Assembly (NCBI GenBank): GCA_043228905.1 | Contig: JBHGNT010000061.1 | Coordinates: forward strand, 62,001-126,000 | Length of the DNA stretch: 64,000 bases | Reading direction: 5' to 3' | Origin: Azolla caroliniana | Lineage: Eukaryota; Plantae; Polypodiophyta | Part shown: one piece after another, positions 1 through 12,800 of the stretch | How the letters are laid out: each line of letters opens with the position of its first letter | Position numbering within the stretch: position 1 is the first letter of the stretch | Position numbers and translations under genes: made by a program | Notes under the pieces: model-generated | What the model saw: the letters and a program-made list of their open reading frames with translations, nothing else | Databases searched by the model: none | What the model was told of the DNA's origin: nothing

Positions 1-3000
1 ATTGGAATCGAAGTTAACAATGCTAGCTATGATATGGAATCAAAAAATCAAGATTTTGAAACTCAGGTCGAGAGACATGAAGAAATCGGCAAGTTAGAGG
101 AGGGAGTTGAGAAGAGCGCACGAGTAAATTAAAATGTTCATACCTGGCCCATGTGATATCGGATTTTAGTGTTTAAATATGTGAATCATAGCTATAACAA
201 CGCTACCTATAATATGCAATTAAAAAATCGAGATTTTGAAACTCAGGTCGAGAGACATGAAGAAATTACCAAATTTGAGGAAGGAGTTAAGAAGAGCCCC
301 CGAGTAAATTAAAATGTTCATACCTAAGTCGTTTGATATCGGATATTTGTGTTCAAACAATTGAATCGAAGCTAACAACGTTAGCTATGATATGGAATTA
401 CAAAATCAAGATTCTTAAGCTCAGATCGACCGACATGGAGAAATTACCAAATTTGAGGAGGGAGTTGAGAAGAGAGCGTGAGTAAAGTAAACTGTTCATA
501 CGTGGCTCGTGTGATATCGGATTTTTGTGTGCAAACAATGGAATCGAAGCTAACAACACTAGATATAATATGGAATTAAAAAATGAAGATTTTGAAACTC
601 AGGTTGAGAGACATGAAGAAATTACCAAATTTGAGGAGGGAGTTGAGAAGAGCGCGTGAGTAAATTAAAATGTTCATACCTGGCTCGTGTGATATCGGAT
701 TTTTGTGTTCAAACATTGGAATCGAAGCTAACAACACTAGCTATGATATAGAATCAAAAAATCAAAATTTTGAAACTCAGGTCGAGAGACATGAAGAAAT
801 TGGCAAGTTAGAGAAGGGAGTTGAGAAGAATGCGTAAGTAAATTAAAATGTTCATACCTAGCCCATGTGATATCGGATTTTAGTGTTCAAAGATGCGAAT
901 CGAAGCTAACAACGCTACCTATAATATGGTATTAAAAAATCAAGATTTTGAAACTCAGGTCGACAGACCTAAAGAAATTACCAAATTTGAGGAAGAAGTT
1001 AACAAGAGCGCGTGAGTAAATTAAAATGTTCATACCTGGCCCATGTGATATCGGATTTTAGTGTTCAAAGATGCGAATCGAAGCTAACAACGCTACCTAT
1101 AATATAGGATTAAAAAATCGAGATTTTGAAACTCAGGTCGAGAGACATGAAGAAATTACCAAATTTGAAGAGGGAGTTGAGAAGAGCGCGTGAGTAAATT
1201 AAAATGTTCATACCTGGCTCGTGTGATATTGGATTTTTGTGTTCAAAGATGCGATTCGAAGCAAACAACGCTACCTATAATATGGAATTAAGAAATCAAG
1301 ATTTTGAAACTCTGGTCGCGAGACATTATGAAATTACCAAATTTGAGGAGGGAGTTGAGAAGAGTTGAGAGGAGTAAATTAAAATGTTCATACCTGCCTC
1401 GTGTGATCCCGGATTTTTGTGTTCAAACATGCGAATCGAAGCTATGATATAGAATTAAAAAATCAAGATTTTGAAACTCAGATCGACAAACATGAAGAAA
1501 TTACCAAATTTGAGGAGGGCGTTGAGAAGAGCGCGTGATTAAATTAAAATGTTCATACCTGGCTCGTGTGATCCCGGATTTTTGTGTTCAAACATGCGAT
1601 TCGAAGCTAACAACAGTACCTATGATATAGAATCAAAAAATACAGATTTTGAAACTCAGGTCGAGAGACATGAAGAAATTGGCAAGTTAGAAGAGGGAGT
1701 TGAGAAGAGCCCGTAAGTAAATTAAAATGTTCATACCTGGCCCATGTGATCCCGGATTTTAGTGTTCAAACATGCGAATCGATGTTAACAACGCTAGGTA
1801 TGATATAGAATTAAAAAATCAAGATTTTGAAACTCAGGTCGAGAGACATGAAGAAATTACCAAATTTGAGGAGGGAGTTGAGAAGAGCGCGTGAGTAAAT
1901 TAAAATGTTCATACCTGCCTTGTGTGATATTGGATTTTTGTGTTCAAAGATGGGAATCGAAGCTAACAACGCTACCTATAATATGGACTTAAGAAATCGA
2001 GATTTTGAAACTCAGGTCGAGAGACATGAAGAAATTACCAAATTTGAGGAGGGAGTTCAGAAGAGCCCGTGAGTAAATTAAAATGTTCATACCTGGCCCA
2101 TGTGATCCCGGATTTTATTGTTCAAAGATGCGAATCAATGTTAACAACGCTACCTATAATATGGAATTTAAAAATCGAGATTTTGAAACTCAGGTCGAGA
2201 GACATGAAGAAATTGGTAAGTTAGAAGAGGGAGTTGAGAAGAGCCCGTGAGTAAATTAAAATGTCCATACCTGGCTCGTGTGATCCCGGATTTTTGTGTT
2301 CAAAGATGCGAATCGAAGCTAACAACACTAGCTATGATATAGAATAAAAAAATCAAGATTTTGAAACTCAGGTCGAGAGACATGAAGAAATTGGCAAGTT
2401 AGAAGAGGGAGTTGAGAAGAGCCCGTGAGTAAATTAAAATGTTCATACCTGGCCCAGGTGATATCGGATTTTTCTGTTCAAACATGCGATTCGAAGCTAA
2501 CAACACTAGCTATCATATAGAATAAAAAAATCAAGATTTTGAAACTCAGGTCGAGAGACATGAAGAAATTGGCAAGTTAGAAGAGGGAGTTGAGAAGAGC
2601 CCGTGAGTAAATTAAAATGTTCATACCTGGCCCATGTGATATCGGATTTTTCTGTTCAAACATGTGATTCGAAGCTAACAACGCTACCTATGATATGGAT
2701 TTAAAAAATCAAGATTTTGAAACTCAGGTCGAGAGACATGACGAAATTACCAAATTTGAGGAGGGAGTTGAGAAGAGCGCGTGAGTAAATTAAAATGTTC
2801 ATACCTAGCTCGTGTCATATTGGCATGAAGAGGGAGTTAAGAAGAGCCCCTGAGTAAATTAAAATGTTCATACCTGGCCCATGTGATTTCGGAATTTAGT
2901 GTTCAAAGATGCGAATCGAAGCTAACAACGCTACCTATAATATGGTATTAAAAAATCAAGATTCTGAAATTCAGGTCGAGAGACATGAAGAAATTACCAA

Positions 3001-3074
3001 ATTTGAGGAAGGAGTTAAGAAGAGCGCGTGAGTAAATTAACATGTTCATACCTGGCCCATGTGATATCGGATTT
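1..3074 (+). repeat. 178-bp tandem satellite array, left segment (relatively diverged monomers)
   Basis: Head-to-tail copies of approximately GTGAGTAAATTAAAATGTTCATACCTGGCTCGTGTGATATCGGATTTTTGTGTTCAAAGATGCGAATCGAAGCTAACAACGCTACCTATGATATGGAATTAAAAAATCAAGATTTTGAAACTCAGGTCGAGAGACATGAAGAAATTACCAAATTTGAGGAGGGAGTTGAGAAGAGCGC. The TGAGTAAATT anchor recurs at 2604 and 2782 (178 bp). The array continues past the window start, and orientation is assigned arbitrarily. Confidence 0.97.
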
Positions 3075-4779
3075 CAATGATCATACTCCTAAAGTTGAGT
3101 TTCCTGAAACTTCAACTGATGGATTACGAAGATCAAGAAGAATACAGGAGCAAGGAAGAACCTCTGACCACATTGTGAACATGGCTCTGATGGTGGACAT
3201 CATAGGCTCAGTGAGTGAGCCGACCTCGGTGGAGGAAGCTATGGCCGACCCGAAGTGGAAAGAGGCGATGATATCAGAATATGATAGCATCATGAAAAAT
3301 GACACATGGGAGTTGGTAGAGAGGCCAACAAAGAAGAAGGTGATAGGCACGAAGTGGGTATGGAAAGTAAAGTATAAAGCTGATGGCTCTTTGGAGAAAT
3401 TCAAGGCCAGGCTAGTAGCGCAAGGATACTCCCAAATTGAAGGGTTCGATGTACAAGAAACATTTGCCCCGACAGCTCGCATGACAACAATTCGAATGGT
3501 CATAGCGTTGGCTGCTTCAAGAGGATGGCCGATTTATCAAATGGATGTCAAATCAGCATTTCTGAATGGGCATCTCAAGGAGGAGGTATATGTGACACAA
3601 CCACCGGGGTTTGAGATACCGAATTCAGAAAACAAAGTTTGCAAGCTGAAGAAGGCACTATATGGTCTAAAGCAAGCACCAAGAGCTTGGAACAAGAGGA
3701 TAGACAGCTTCTTACGATCAATCGACTTTAAGCAATGTGCTTCGGATGCAAGTATGTATGTCAAAATGAAGGACGGGAAACAAGTCATCATTATCATTTA
3801 CGTGGATGATCTAGTACTTACTGGTGACCATGAAGAGTGCATTGGCCAAACACAAGAGTGTTTGAAAACTGAGTTTGAAATGACAGACTTGGGGATTCTA
3901 CACTACTTCCTTGGAATTGAGGTTTGGCAAACCTCGGTCGGCATCTTCGTGTCACAAAGAAAGTATGCAACAGAGATCTTGAAGACCTTCGGGATGATGG
4001 ACAGCAAGTCGAAGTCGACTCCAATGGAGTCAAACTGCAAGCTATCCCAAGAAGACTCATCACCAATGGTTGACATAAGGAAGTATAGACAACTAGTAGG
4101 AAGTCTAATTTTCCTATGCAACACTAGGCCGGATATTTGTTTTGCAGTCAATGTGGTGAGTCGATTCAGCAACAAGCCGAAGGAGACTCATTGGAAAGCT
4201 GCTCTACGTGTATTAAAGTACATTGTGGGTACTTTAAATTATGGAATCTTCTACAAGCCAACAATTGACCAACTTAGTGGATATTGCGACTCCGATTGGG
4301 CTGGAGATAGTGATTCCAGAAAATCAGTTTCTGGATATTGTTTTTCAATAGGATCTGGAGCTGTTTCATGGAGTAGTAAAAAACAACCAACAGTGGCACT
4401 ATCTTCAACAGAGGCAGAATACAAAGCAGCATGCATAGCGGCATGCGAGGTAGTTTGGCTAAGAAGAATCCTTATGGATGTGGCAGTCCCAATAAGGACG
4501 GCAACGGTATTGAGGTGTGACAATCAGAGTTGCATGGCCATTGACAAGAACCCCGTATTTCATGCACGTACTAAACACATAGAGATTCAGTATCACTATG
4601 TGCGGGAGCTAATAAATGATGAGATTGTGGAGCTTGAGTACTGTCCAACATCAGAAAATGCTGCAGATATCTTCACAAAGGCGCTTGGAGCAGAACAGTT
4701 GCAACAACACCTTCGACGACTAGGTGTTGGCCCAATTCCAAGTGAACTCAATGGGTTGATCATTGAGGGGGCGTGTTAG
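3075..4779 (+). CDS. pol: Partial copia pol: reverse transcriptase (RVT_2 type) plus RNase H, open frame but N-terminally truncated
   Basis: ORF 3028-4779 carries [84 protein letters not shown] and ADIFTK, with no internal stop. The first ~15 codons are satellite DNA. Confidence 0.92.
4765..4773 (+). other. Polypurine tract of Copia-1
   Basis: GAGGGGGCG lies immediately before TGTTAGA, the LTR start at 4774. Confidence 0.85.
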
Positions 4780-5406
4780 ATATAATCAATGATCAGCCCC
4801 AAGTTGTAAATCTATCCCCATATGTGCTCTTAGAGTGCACATTTTGTGATAGCGCCCCAAATGAGGAGCGGCTAGTGTGCAACTCGACCATATGGGTCGA
4901 TAAGGTGTTAATCTAGGAAACTGTAGATGCGTAGGACACAATATATTTAGGAAAGAGAGAAATAGATAAAAGGATTGGCTAATCAAGTCAGCTAGAATAT
5001 TTTGTGGGCAAGTTACGATGTACTTAGTCTTGAAGTATGCGTCATTGACTTCAAGATAAGTATTATCTAGCACTAGCCTGTACCTAGGGAGTTGGGTCAT
5101 ATTAAATGACAAGTCAGTTGACAGAAAAGGAATATCTCCACTACTTTCAACTGACTTGCACATTTATACTAAGACCAAACATAGATTATAAGTCATTTTT
5201 CTCACACAGTGGTCAGATTGATCATCAGTCCCCACTAATTTTGTAGTGAGCCGGTCCATATCCTATCTAAGCTCTAAGGTGTGAGCGCATGGGAAAACTA
5301 CCATTTTGAACTACTCTCATATGTAATAGAAATTCTGTTTTCATATATCCATCTCTGCAGTTGTAACTCTATATACCTATCTACTCGATTCTCAATATTT
5401 CTAATA
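4774..5406 (+). repeat. 3' LTR of Copia-1 (~633 bp)
   Basis: Starts TGTTAGATATA after the PPT and ends TATTTCTAATA, an imperfect inverted repeat of the start with the terminal CA apparently mutated to TA. Satellite resumes directly afterwards. Confidence 0.8.
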
Positions 5407-6870
5407 ATATTGTCATGAAGAGGGAGTTAACATGAGACCCTGAGTAAATTAAAATGTTCATACCTAGCCCATGTGGTATCGGATTTTAGTGTTCAAAGAT
5501 GCGAATCGAAGCTATCAATGCTACCTATAATATGGTATTAAAAAATCAAGATTTTGAAACTCAGGTCGACAGACCTAAAGAAATTACCAAATTTGAGGCA
5601 GGAGTTAAGAAGAGCGCGTGTGTAAATTAAAATGTTCATACCTGGCCCATGTGATATCGGATTTTAGTGTTTAAATATGCGAATCGATGCTAACAACGCT
5701 AGCTATGATATGGGATTAAAAAATCAAGATTCTGAAACTCAGATCGACAGACATGAAGAAATTACCAAATTTGAGGAGGGCGTTGAGAAGAGCGCGTGAG
5801 TAAATTAAAATGTTCATACCTGGCTCGTATGATATCCGATTTTTGTGTTCAAAGATGCGAATCGAAGCTAACAACACTACTTAGAATATAGAATCAAAAA
5901 ATCCAGATTTTGAAACTCAGGTCGAGAGACATGAAGAAATTGGCAAGTTAGAAGAGGGAGTTGAGAAGAGCCCGTGAGTAAATTAAAATGTTCATACCTG
6001 GCCCATGTGATCCCGGATTTTGAAACTCAGGTCGAGAGACATGAAGAAATTACCAAATTTGAAGAGGGAGTTGAGAAGAGCGCGTGAGTAAATTAAAATG
6101 TTCATACCTGCCTCGTGTGATATTGGCATGAAGAGGGAGTTAAGAAGAGCCCCTGAGTAAATTAAAATGTTCATACCTGGCCCATGTGATATCGGATTTT
6201 AGTGTTCAAAGATGCGAATCGAAGCTAATAACCCTACCTATAATATGGTATTAAAGAATAAAGATTTTGAAACTCAGGTCGACAGACATGAAGAAACTAC
6301 CAACTTTGAGGAAGACGTTAAGAAGAGCGCGTGAGTAAATTAACATGTTCATACCTGGCCCATGTGATATCGGATTTTAGTGTTTAAATATGCGAATAGA
6401 AGCTAACAATGCTAGCTATGATATGGGATTAAAAAATCAAGATTTCGAAACCCAGATCGACAGACTTGAAGAAATTACCAAATTTGAGGAGGGCGTTGAG
6501 AAGAGCGCGTGAGTAAATTAAAATGTTCATACCTGGCTCGTGTGATATCGGATTTTTGTGTTCAAAGATGTGAATCGAAGCTAACAACACTACTTATGAT
6601 ATACAATCAAAAAATCCAGATTTTCAAACTCAGGGCGAGAGACATGAAGAAATTGGCAAGTTAGAAGAGGGAGTTGAGAAGAGCACGTGAGTAAAATAAA
6701 ATGTTCATACCTAGCCCATGTGATCCCGGATTTTGAAACTCAGGTCAAGAGACATGAAGAAATTACCAAATTTGAAGAGGGAGTTGAGAAGAGCGCGTGA
6801 GTAAATTAAAATGTTCATACCTGGCTCGTGTGATATTGGCATAAAGAGGGAGTTAAGATGAGACCCTGAG
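5407..6870 (+). repeat. 713-bp higher-order repeat (3 x 178 + 110 + 69 bp monomers), ~2 copies
   Basis: The ATATTG(G/T)CAT junction recurs at 5407, 6120 and 6833. Anchor spacings are 178, 178, 178, 110, 69. Confidence 0.85.
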
Positions 6871-9800
6871 TAAATTAAAATGTTCATACCTGGCCCATGT
6901 GATATCGGATTTTAGTGTTCAAAGATGCGAAACGAAGCTAACAATGCTACCTATAATATGGTATTAAGAAATCGAGATTTTGAAACTTAGGTTGACAGAC
7001 ATGAAGAAATTACCAAATTTGAGGAGGGCGTTGAGAAGAGCGCGTGATTAAATTAAAATGTTCATACCTGGCTATTGTGATCCCGGATTTTTGTGTTCAA
7101 AGATGCGAATCGAAGCTAACAACACTACCTATGATATAGATTCAAAAAATACAGATTTTGAAACTCAGGTCGAGAGACATGAAGAAATTGGCAAGTTAGA
7201 AGAGGGAGTTGAGAAGAGCCCGTAAGTAAATTAAAATGTTCATACCTGGCCCATGTGATCCCGGATTTTAGTGTTCAAACATGCGAATCGATGTTAACAA
7301 CGCTAGGTATGATATAGAATTAAAAAATCAAGATTTTGAAACTCAGGTCGAGAGACATGAAGAAATTACCAAATTTGAGGAGGGAGTTGAGAAGAGCGCG
7401 TGAGTAAATTAAAATGTTCATACCTGCCTCGTGTGATATTGGATTTTTGTGTTCAAAGATAGGATTCGAAGCTAACAACGCTACCTATAATATGGACTTA
7501 AGAAATCGAGATTTTGAAACTCAGGTCGAGAGACATGAAGAAATTACCAAATTTGAGGAGGGAGTTCAGAAGAGCCCGTGAGTAAATTAAAATGTTCATA
7601 CCTGGCCCATGTGATCCCGGATTTTAGTGTTCAAAGATGCGAATCGATGTTAACAACGCTACCTATAATATGGAATTAAAAAATCGAGATTTTGAAACTC
7701 AGGTTGAGAGACATGAAGAAATTGGTAAATTAGAAGAGGGAGTTGAGAAGAGCGCGTGAGTAAATTAAAATGTTCATACCTGGCTCGTGTGATATCGGAT
7801 TCTTGTGTTCAGACATGCTGTTCGAAGCTAACAACACTGCCTATGATATGGAATTAAAAATTCATGATTTTGAAACTCAGGTCGAGAGACATGAAGAAAT
7901 TACCAAATTTGAGGAGGGAGTTCAAAAGAGCCCGTGAGTAAATTAAAATGTTCATACCTGGCCCATGTGATCCCGGATTTTAGTTTTCAAAGATGCGAAT
8001 CGATGTTAACAACGCTACCTATAATATGGAATTAAAAAATCGAGATTTTGAAACTCAGGTCGAGAGACATGAAGAAATTGGTAAGTTAGAAGAGGGAGTT
8101 GAGAAGAGCGCGTGAGTAAATTAAAATGTTCATACCTGGCTCGTGTGATATTGGATTTCTGTGTTAAGACATGCAGTTCGAAGCTAACAACACTGCCTAT
8201 GATATGGAATTAAAAATTCAAGATTTTGAAACTCAGGTCGAGAGACATGAAGAAATTACCAAATTTGAGGAGGGAGTTGAGAAGAGCCCGTGAGTAAATT
8301 AAAATGTTCATACCTGGCCCATGTGATATCGGATTTTTGTGTTCACAGATGCCAATCGAAGCTAACAACGCCAATAATATGGAATTAAAAAGTCGAGATA
8401 TTGAAACTCAGGTCGAGAGACATGAAGAAATTACCAAATTTGAGGAGGGAGTTGAGAAGAGCGCGTGAGTAAATTAAAATGTTCATACCTGGCCCATGTG
8501 ATCTTGGATTTTACTGTTCAAAGATGCGAATCGAAGCTAATAACGCTACGTATAATATGGAATTAAAAAACGAAGATTTTGAACCTCAGGTCGAGAGACA
8601 TGAAGAAATTGGCAAGTAAGAAGAGGGAGTTGAGAAGAGCCTGTGAGTAAATTAAAATGTTCATACCTAGCTCGTGTGATATTGGATTTTTGTGTTCAAA
8701 GATGCGATTCGAAGCTAACAACGCTACCTATAATATGGAATTAAGAAATAGAGATTTTGAAACTCAGGTCGAGAGACATGAAGAAATTACTAAATTTGAA
8801 GAGGGAGTTGAGAAGAGCGCGTGAGTAAATTAAAATGTCCATACCTGGCTCGTGTGATATCGGATTTTAGTGTTTAAACATGCGATTCGAAGCTAAGAAC
8901 GCTACCTATGATCTGGAATGAAAAAATCAAGATTTTGAAACTCAGGTCGAGAGACTTGAAGAAATTACCAAATTTGAGGAGGGAGTTGAGAAGAGCGCGT
9001 GAGTAAATTAAAATGTTCATACCTGGCTCGTATGATCCCGAATTTTTGTGTTCAAATGTACGAATCGAAGCTAACAATGCTAGCTATGATATAGAATTAA
9101 AAAATCAAGATTTTGAAACTCAGGTCGACGGACATGAAGAAATTACCAAATTTGATGAGGGAGTTGAGAAGAGCGCGTGAGTAAATTAAAATGTTCATAC
9201 CTGGCTCGTGTGATCCCGAATTTTTGTGTTCTAAGATGCGAATCGAAGCTAACAATGCTAGCTATAATGTAGAATTAAAAAATCAAGATTTTGAAACTCA
9301 GGTCGAGAGACATGAAGAAATTACCAAATTTGACGAGGGAGTTGAGAAGAGCGCATGATTAAATTAAAATGTTCATACCTGGCTCGTGTGATATCAGATT
9401 TTAGTGTTCGAAGATGCGAATCGAAGCTAACAACACTAGCTATGATATAGAATTAAAAAATCAAGATTTTGAAACTCAGGTCGAGAGACATGAATAAATT
9501 ACCAAATTTGACTAGGGAGTTGAGAAGAGCGCGTGAGTAAATTAAAATGTTCATACCTGGCTCGTGTGATATCGGATTTTAGTGTTCAAAGATGGGAATC
9601 GAAGCTAACAACACTAGCTATGATATAGAATCAAAAAATCCAGATTTTGAAACTCAGGTCGAGAGACTTGAAGAAATTGGCAAGTTAGAAGAGGGAGTTG
9701 AGAAGAGCCCGTGAGTAAATTAAAATGTTCATACCTGGCCTATGTGATATCGGATTTTCGTGTTCAAACCTGCGATTCGAAGCTAACAACGCTACCTATG

Positions 9801-12800
9801 ATATGGAATTAAAAAATCAAGATTTTGAAACTCAGGTCGAGAGACTTGAAGAAATTACCAAATTTGAGGAGGGAGTTGAGAAGAGCGCGTGAGTAACTTA
9901 AAATGTTCATACCTGGCTCGTATGATCCCGAATTTTTGTGTTCAAATGTGCGAATCGAAGCTAACAATGCTAGCTATGATATAGAATTAAAAAATCTAGA
10001 TTTTGAAACTCAGGTCGACGGACATGAAGAAATTACCAAATTTGACGAGGGAGTTGAGAAGAGCGCGTGAGTAAATTAAAATGTTCATACCTGGCTCGAG
10101 TGATCCCGAATTTTTGTGTTCTAAGATGCGAATCGAAGCGAACAACACTAGCTATGATATAGAATCAAAAAATCCAGATTTTGAAACTCAGGTCCAGAGA
10201 CATGAAGAAATTGGCAAGTTAGAAGAAGGAGTTGAGAAGAGCGCGTGAGTAAATTAAAATGTTCATACCTGGCCTATGTGATATCGGATTTTCGTGTTCA
10301 AACCTGCGATTCGAAGCTAACAAAGCTACTTATGATATGGAATTAAAAATTCAAGATTTTGAAACTTAGGTCGAGAGACATGAAGAAATTACCAAATTTG
10401 AGAAGGGAGTTGAGAAGAGCGTGTGAGTAAATTAAAATGTTCATACCTGGCTCGTGTCATATCGGATTTTTGTGTTCAAACATGGGAATCGAAGCTAACA
10501 ACACTAGCTATGATATGCAATTTAAAAATCAAGATTTTAAAACTCAGGTCGAGAGACATGAAGAAATTACCAAATTTGACGACGGAGTTGAGAAGAGCGC
10601 ATGACTAAATTAAAATGTTCATACCTGGCTCGTGTGATATCAGATTTTAGTGTTCAAAGATGCAATCGAAGCTAATAACGCTACCTATAATATGGAATTA
10701 AAAAATCGAGATTTTGAAACTCAGGTCGAGAGACATGAAGAAATTACCAAATTTGAGGAGGGAGTTGAGAAGAGCGCGTGAGTAAATTAAAATGTTCATA
10801 CCTGGCTTGTGTGATCCCACATTTTTCTGTTCAAAGATGCGAATCGAAGCTAACAACACTAGCTATGATATAGAATTAAAAAATCAAGATTTTGAAACTC
10901 AGGTCGAGAGACATGAATAAATTACCAAATTTGACTAGGGAGTTGAGAAGAGCGCGTGAGTAAATTAAAATGTTCATACCTGGCTCGTGTGATATCGGAT
11001 TTTAGTGTTCAAAGATGCGAACCGAAGCTAACAGCACTAGCTATGATATAGAATCAAAAAATCAAGATTTTGAAACTCAGGTCGAGGGACATGAAGAAAT
11101 TACCAAATTTAACGAGGGAGTTGAGAAGAGCGCGTGAGTAAATTAAAATGTTCATACCTTGCTCATGTGATCCCGGATTTCTGTGTTCAAAGATGCGAAT
11201 CGAAGCTAAAAACGCTACCTATGATATGGAATTAAGAAATCGAGATTTTGAAACTCAGGTCGAGAGACATGAAGAAATTACCAAATTTGAAGAGGGAGTT
11301 GAGAAGAGCCCGTGAGTAAATTAAAATGCTCATACCTTGGTCGTGTGATATCGGATTTTTGTGTTCAAACATGCGATTCGAAGCTAACAACGCTACCTAT
11401 GAGATGAAATTAAAAAACGAAGATTTTGAAACTCAGGTCGAGAGACATTAAGAAATTACCAAATTTGACGAGGGAGTTGAGAAGAGCGCGTGAGTAAATT
11501 AGAATGTTCATACCTGGCTCGTGTGATCCCGGATTTCTGTGTTCAAAGATGCGAATCGAAGTTAACAACACAAGCTATGATATAGAATCAAGAAATCTAG
11601 ATTTTGAAACTCAGGTCGAGAGACATGAAGAAATTGGCGAGTTAGAAGAGGGAGTTGAAAAGAGCCCGTGAGTAAATTAAAATGTTCATCGCTGGCCTAT
11701 GTGATATCGGATTTTTGTGTTCAAACCTACGATTCGAAGCTAACAACGCTATCTATGATATGTAATTAAAAAATCAAGATTTTGAAACTCAGGTCGAGAG
11801 ACATGAAGAAATTACCAAATTTGAGGAGGGAGTTGAGAAGAGCGCGTGAGTAAATTAAAATGTTCATACCTGGCTCGTGTGATCCCGGATTTCTGTGTTC
11901 AAAGATGTGAATCGAAGCTAACAACGCTACCTATAATATGGAATTAAGAAATCAAGATTTTGAAACTCAGGTCGAGAGACATGAAGAAATTGGCAAGTTA
12001 GAAGAGGGAGTTGAGAAGAGCGCGTGAGTAAATTAAAATGTTCATACCTGGCCTATGTGATATCGGATTTTCGTGTTCAAACCTGCGATTCGAAGCTAAC
12101 AAAGCTACCTATGATATGGAATTAAAAAATCAAGATTTTGAAACTCAGGTCGAGAGACATGAAGAAATTACCAAATTTGAGAAGGGAGTTGAGAAGAGCG
12201 CGTGAGTAAATTAAAATGTTCATACCTGGCTCGTGTCATATCGGATTTTTGTGTTCAAACATGGGAATCGAAGCTAACAATGCTAGCTATGATATAGAAT
12301 TAAAAAATCAAGATTTTAAAACTCAGGTCGAGAGACATGAAGAAATTACCAAATTTGAGGAGGGAGTTGAGAAGAGCGCGTAAGTAAATTAAAATGTTCA
12401 TACCTGGCTCGTGTGATCCCGGATTTTTGTGTTCAAAGATGCGAATCGAAGCTAACAACGCTAGCTATGAGATGGAATTAAAAAATCGAGATTTTGAAAC
12501 TCAGGTCGAGAGACATGAAGAAATTACCGAATTTGACGAGGGAGTTGAGAAGAGCGCATGACTAAATTAAAATGTTCATACCTGGCTCGTGTGATATCAG
12601 ATTTTAGTGTTCAAAGATGCGAATCGAAGCTAATAACGCTACCTATAATATGGAATTAAGAAATCGAGATTTTGAAACTCAGGTCGAGAGACATGAAGAA
12701 ATTACTAAATTTGAAGAGGGAGTTGAGAAGAGCGCGTGAGTAAATTAAAATGTTCATACCTGGCTCGTGTGATCCCGAATTTTTGAGTAAATTAAAATGT

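Larger units (their letters stand above)
3075..5406 (+). mobile_element. 5'-truncated Ty1/copia LTR retrotransposon (Copia-1): end of the INT-RT linker, RT, RNase H, PPT and 3' LTR, embedded in satellite
   Basis: Satellite stops at ...GTGATATCGGATTT (3074). A copia pol frame, a PPT and a TG-initiated LTR follow, and satellite resumes at 5407. No gag, protease, integrase core, PBS or 5' LTR is present. Confidence 0.93.

Noticed and set aside
3028-4779. Satellite-RT fusion protein or domesticated reverse transcriptase making the satellite
   Set aside because: The called start is a GTG inside satellite, and in-frame joining has a 1-in-3 chance. The RT is an ordinary copia pol fragment followed by its PPT and LTR, with no promoter or expression evidence.
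3081-5163. Antisense ORFs over Copia-1 and its LTR
   Set aside because: They are shadow frames of pol or LTR sequence with no recognisable motifs.
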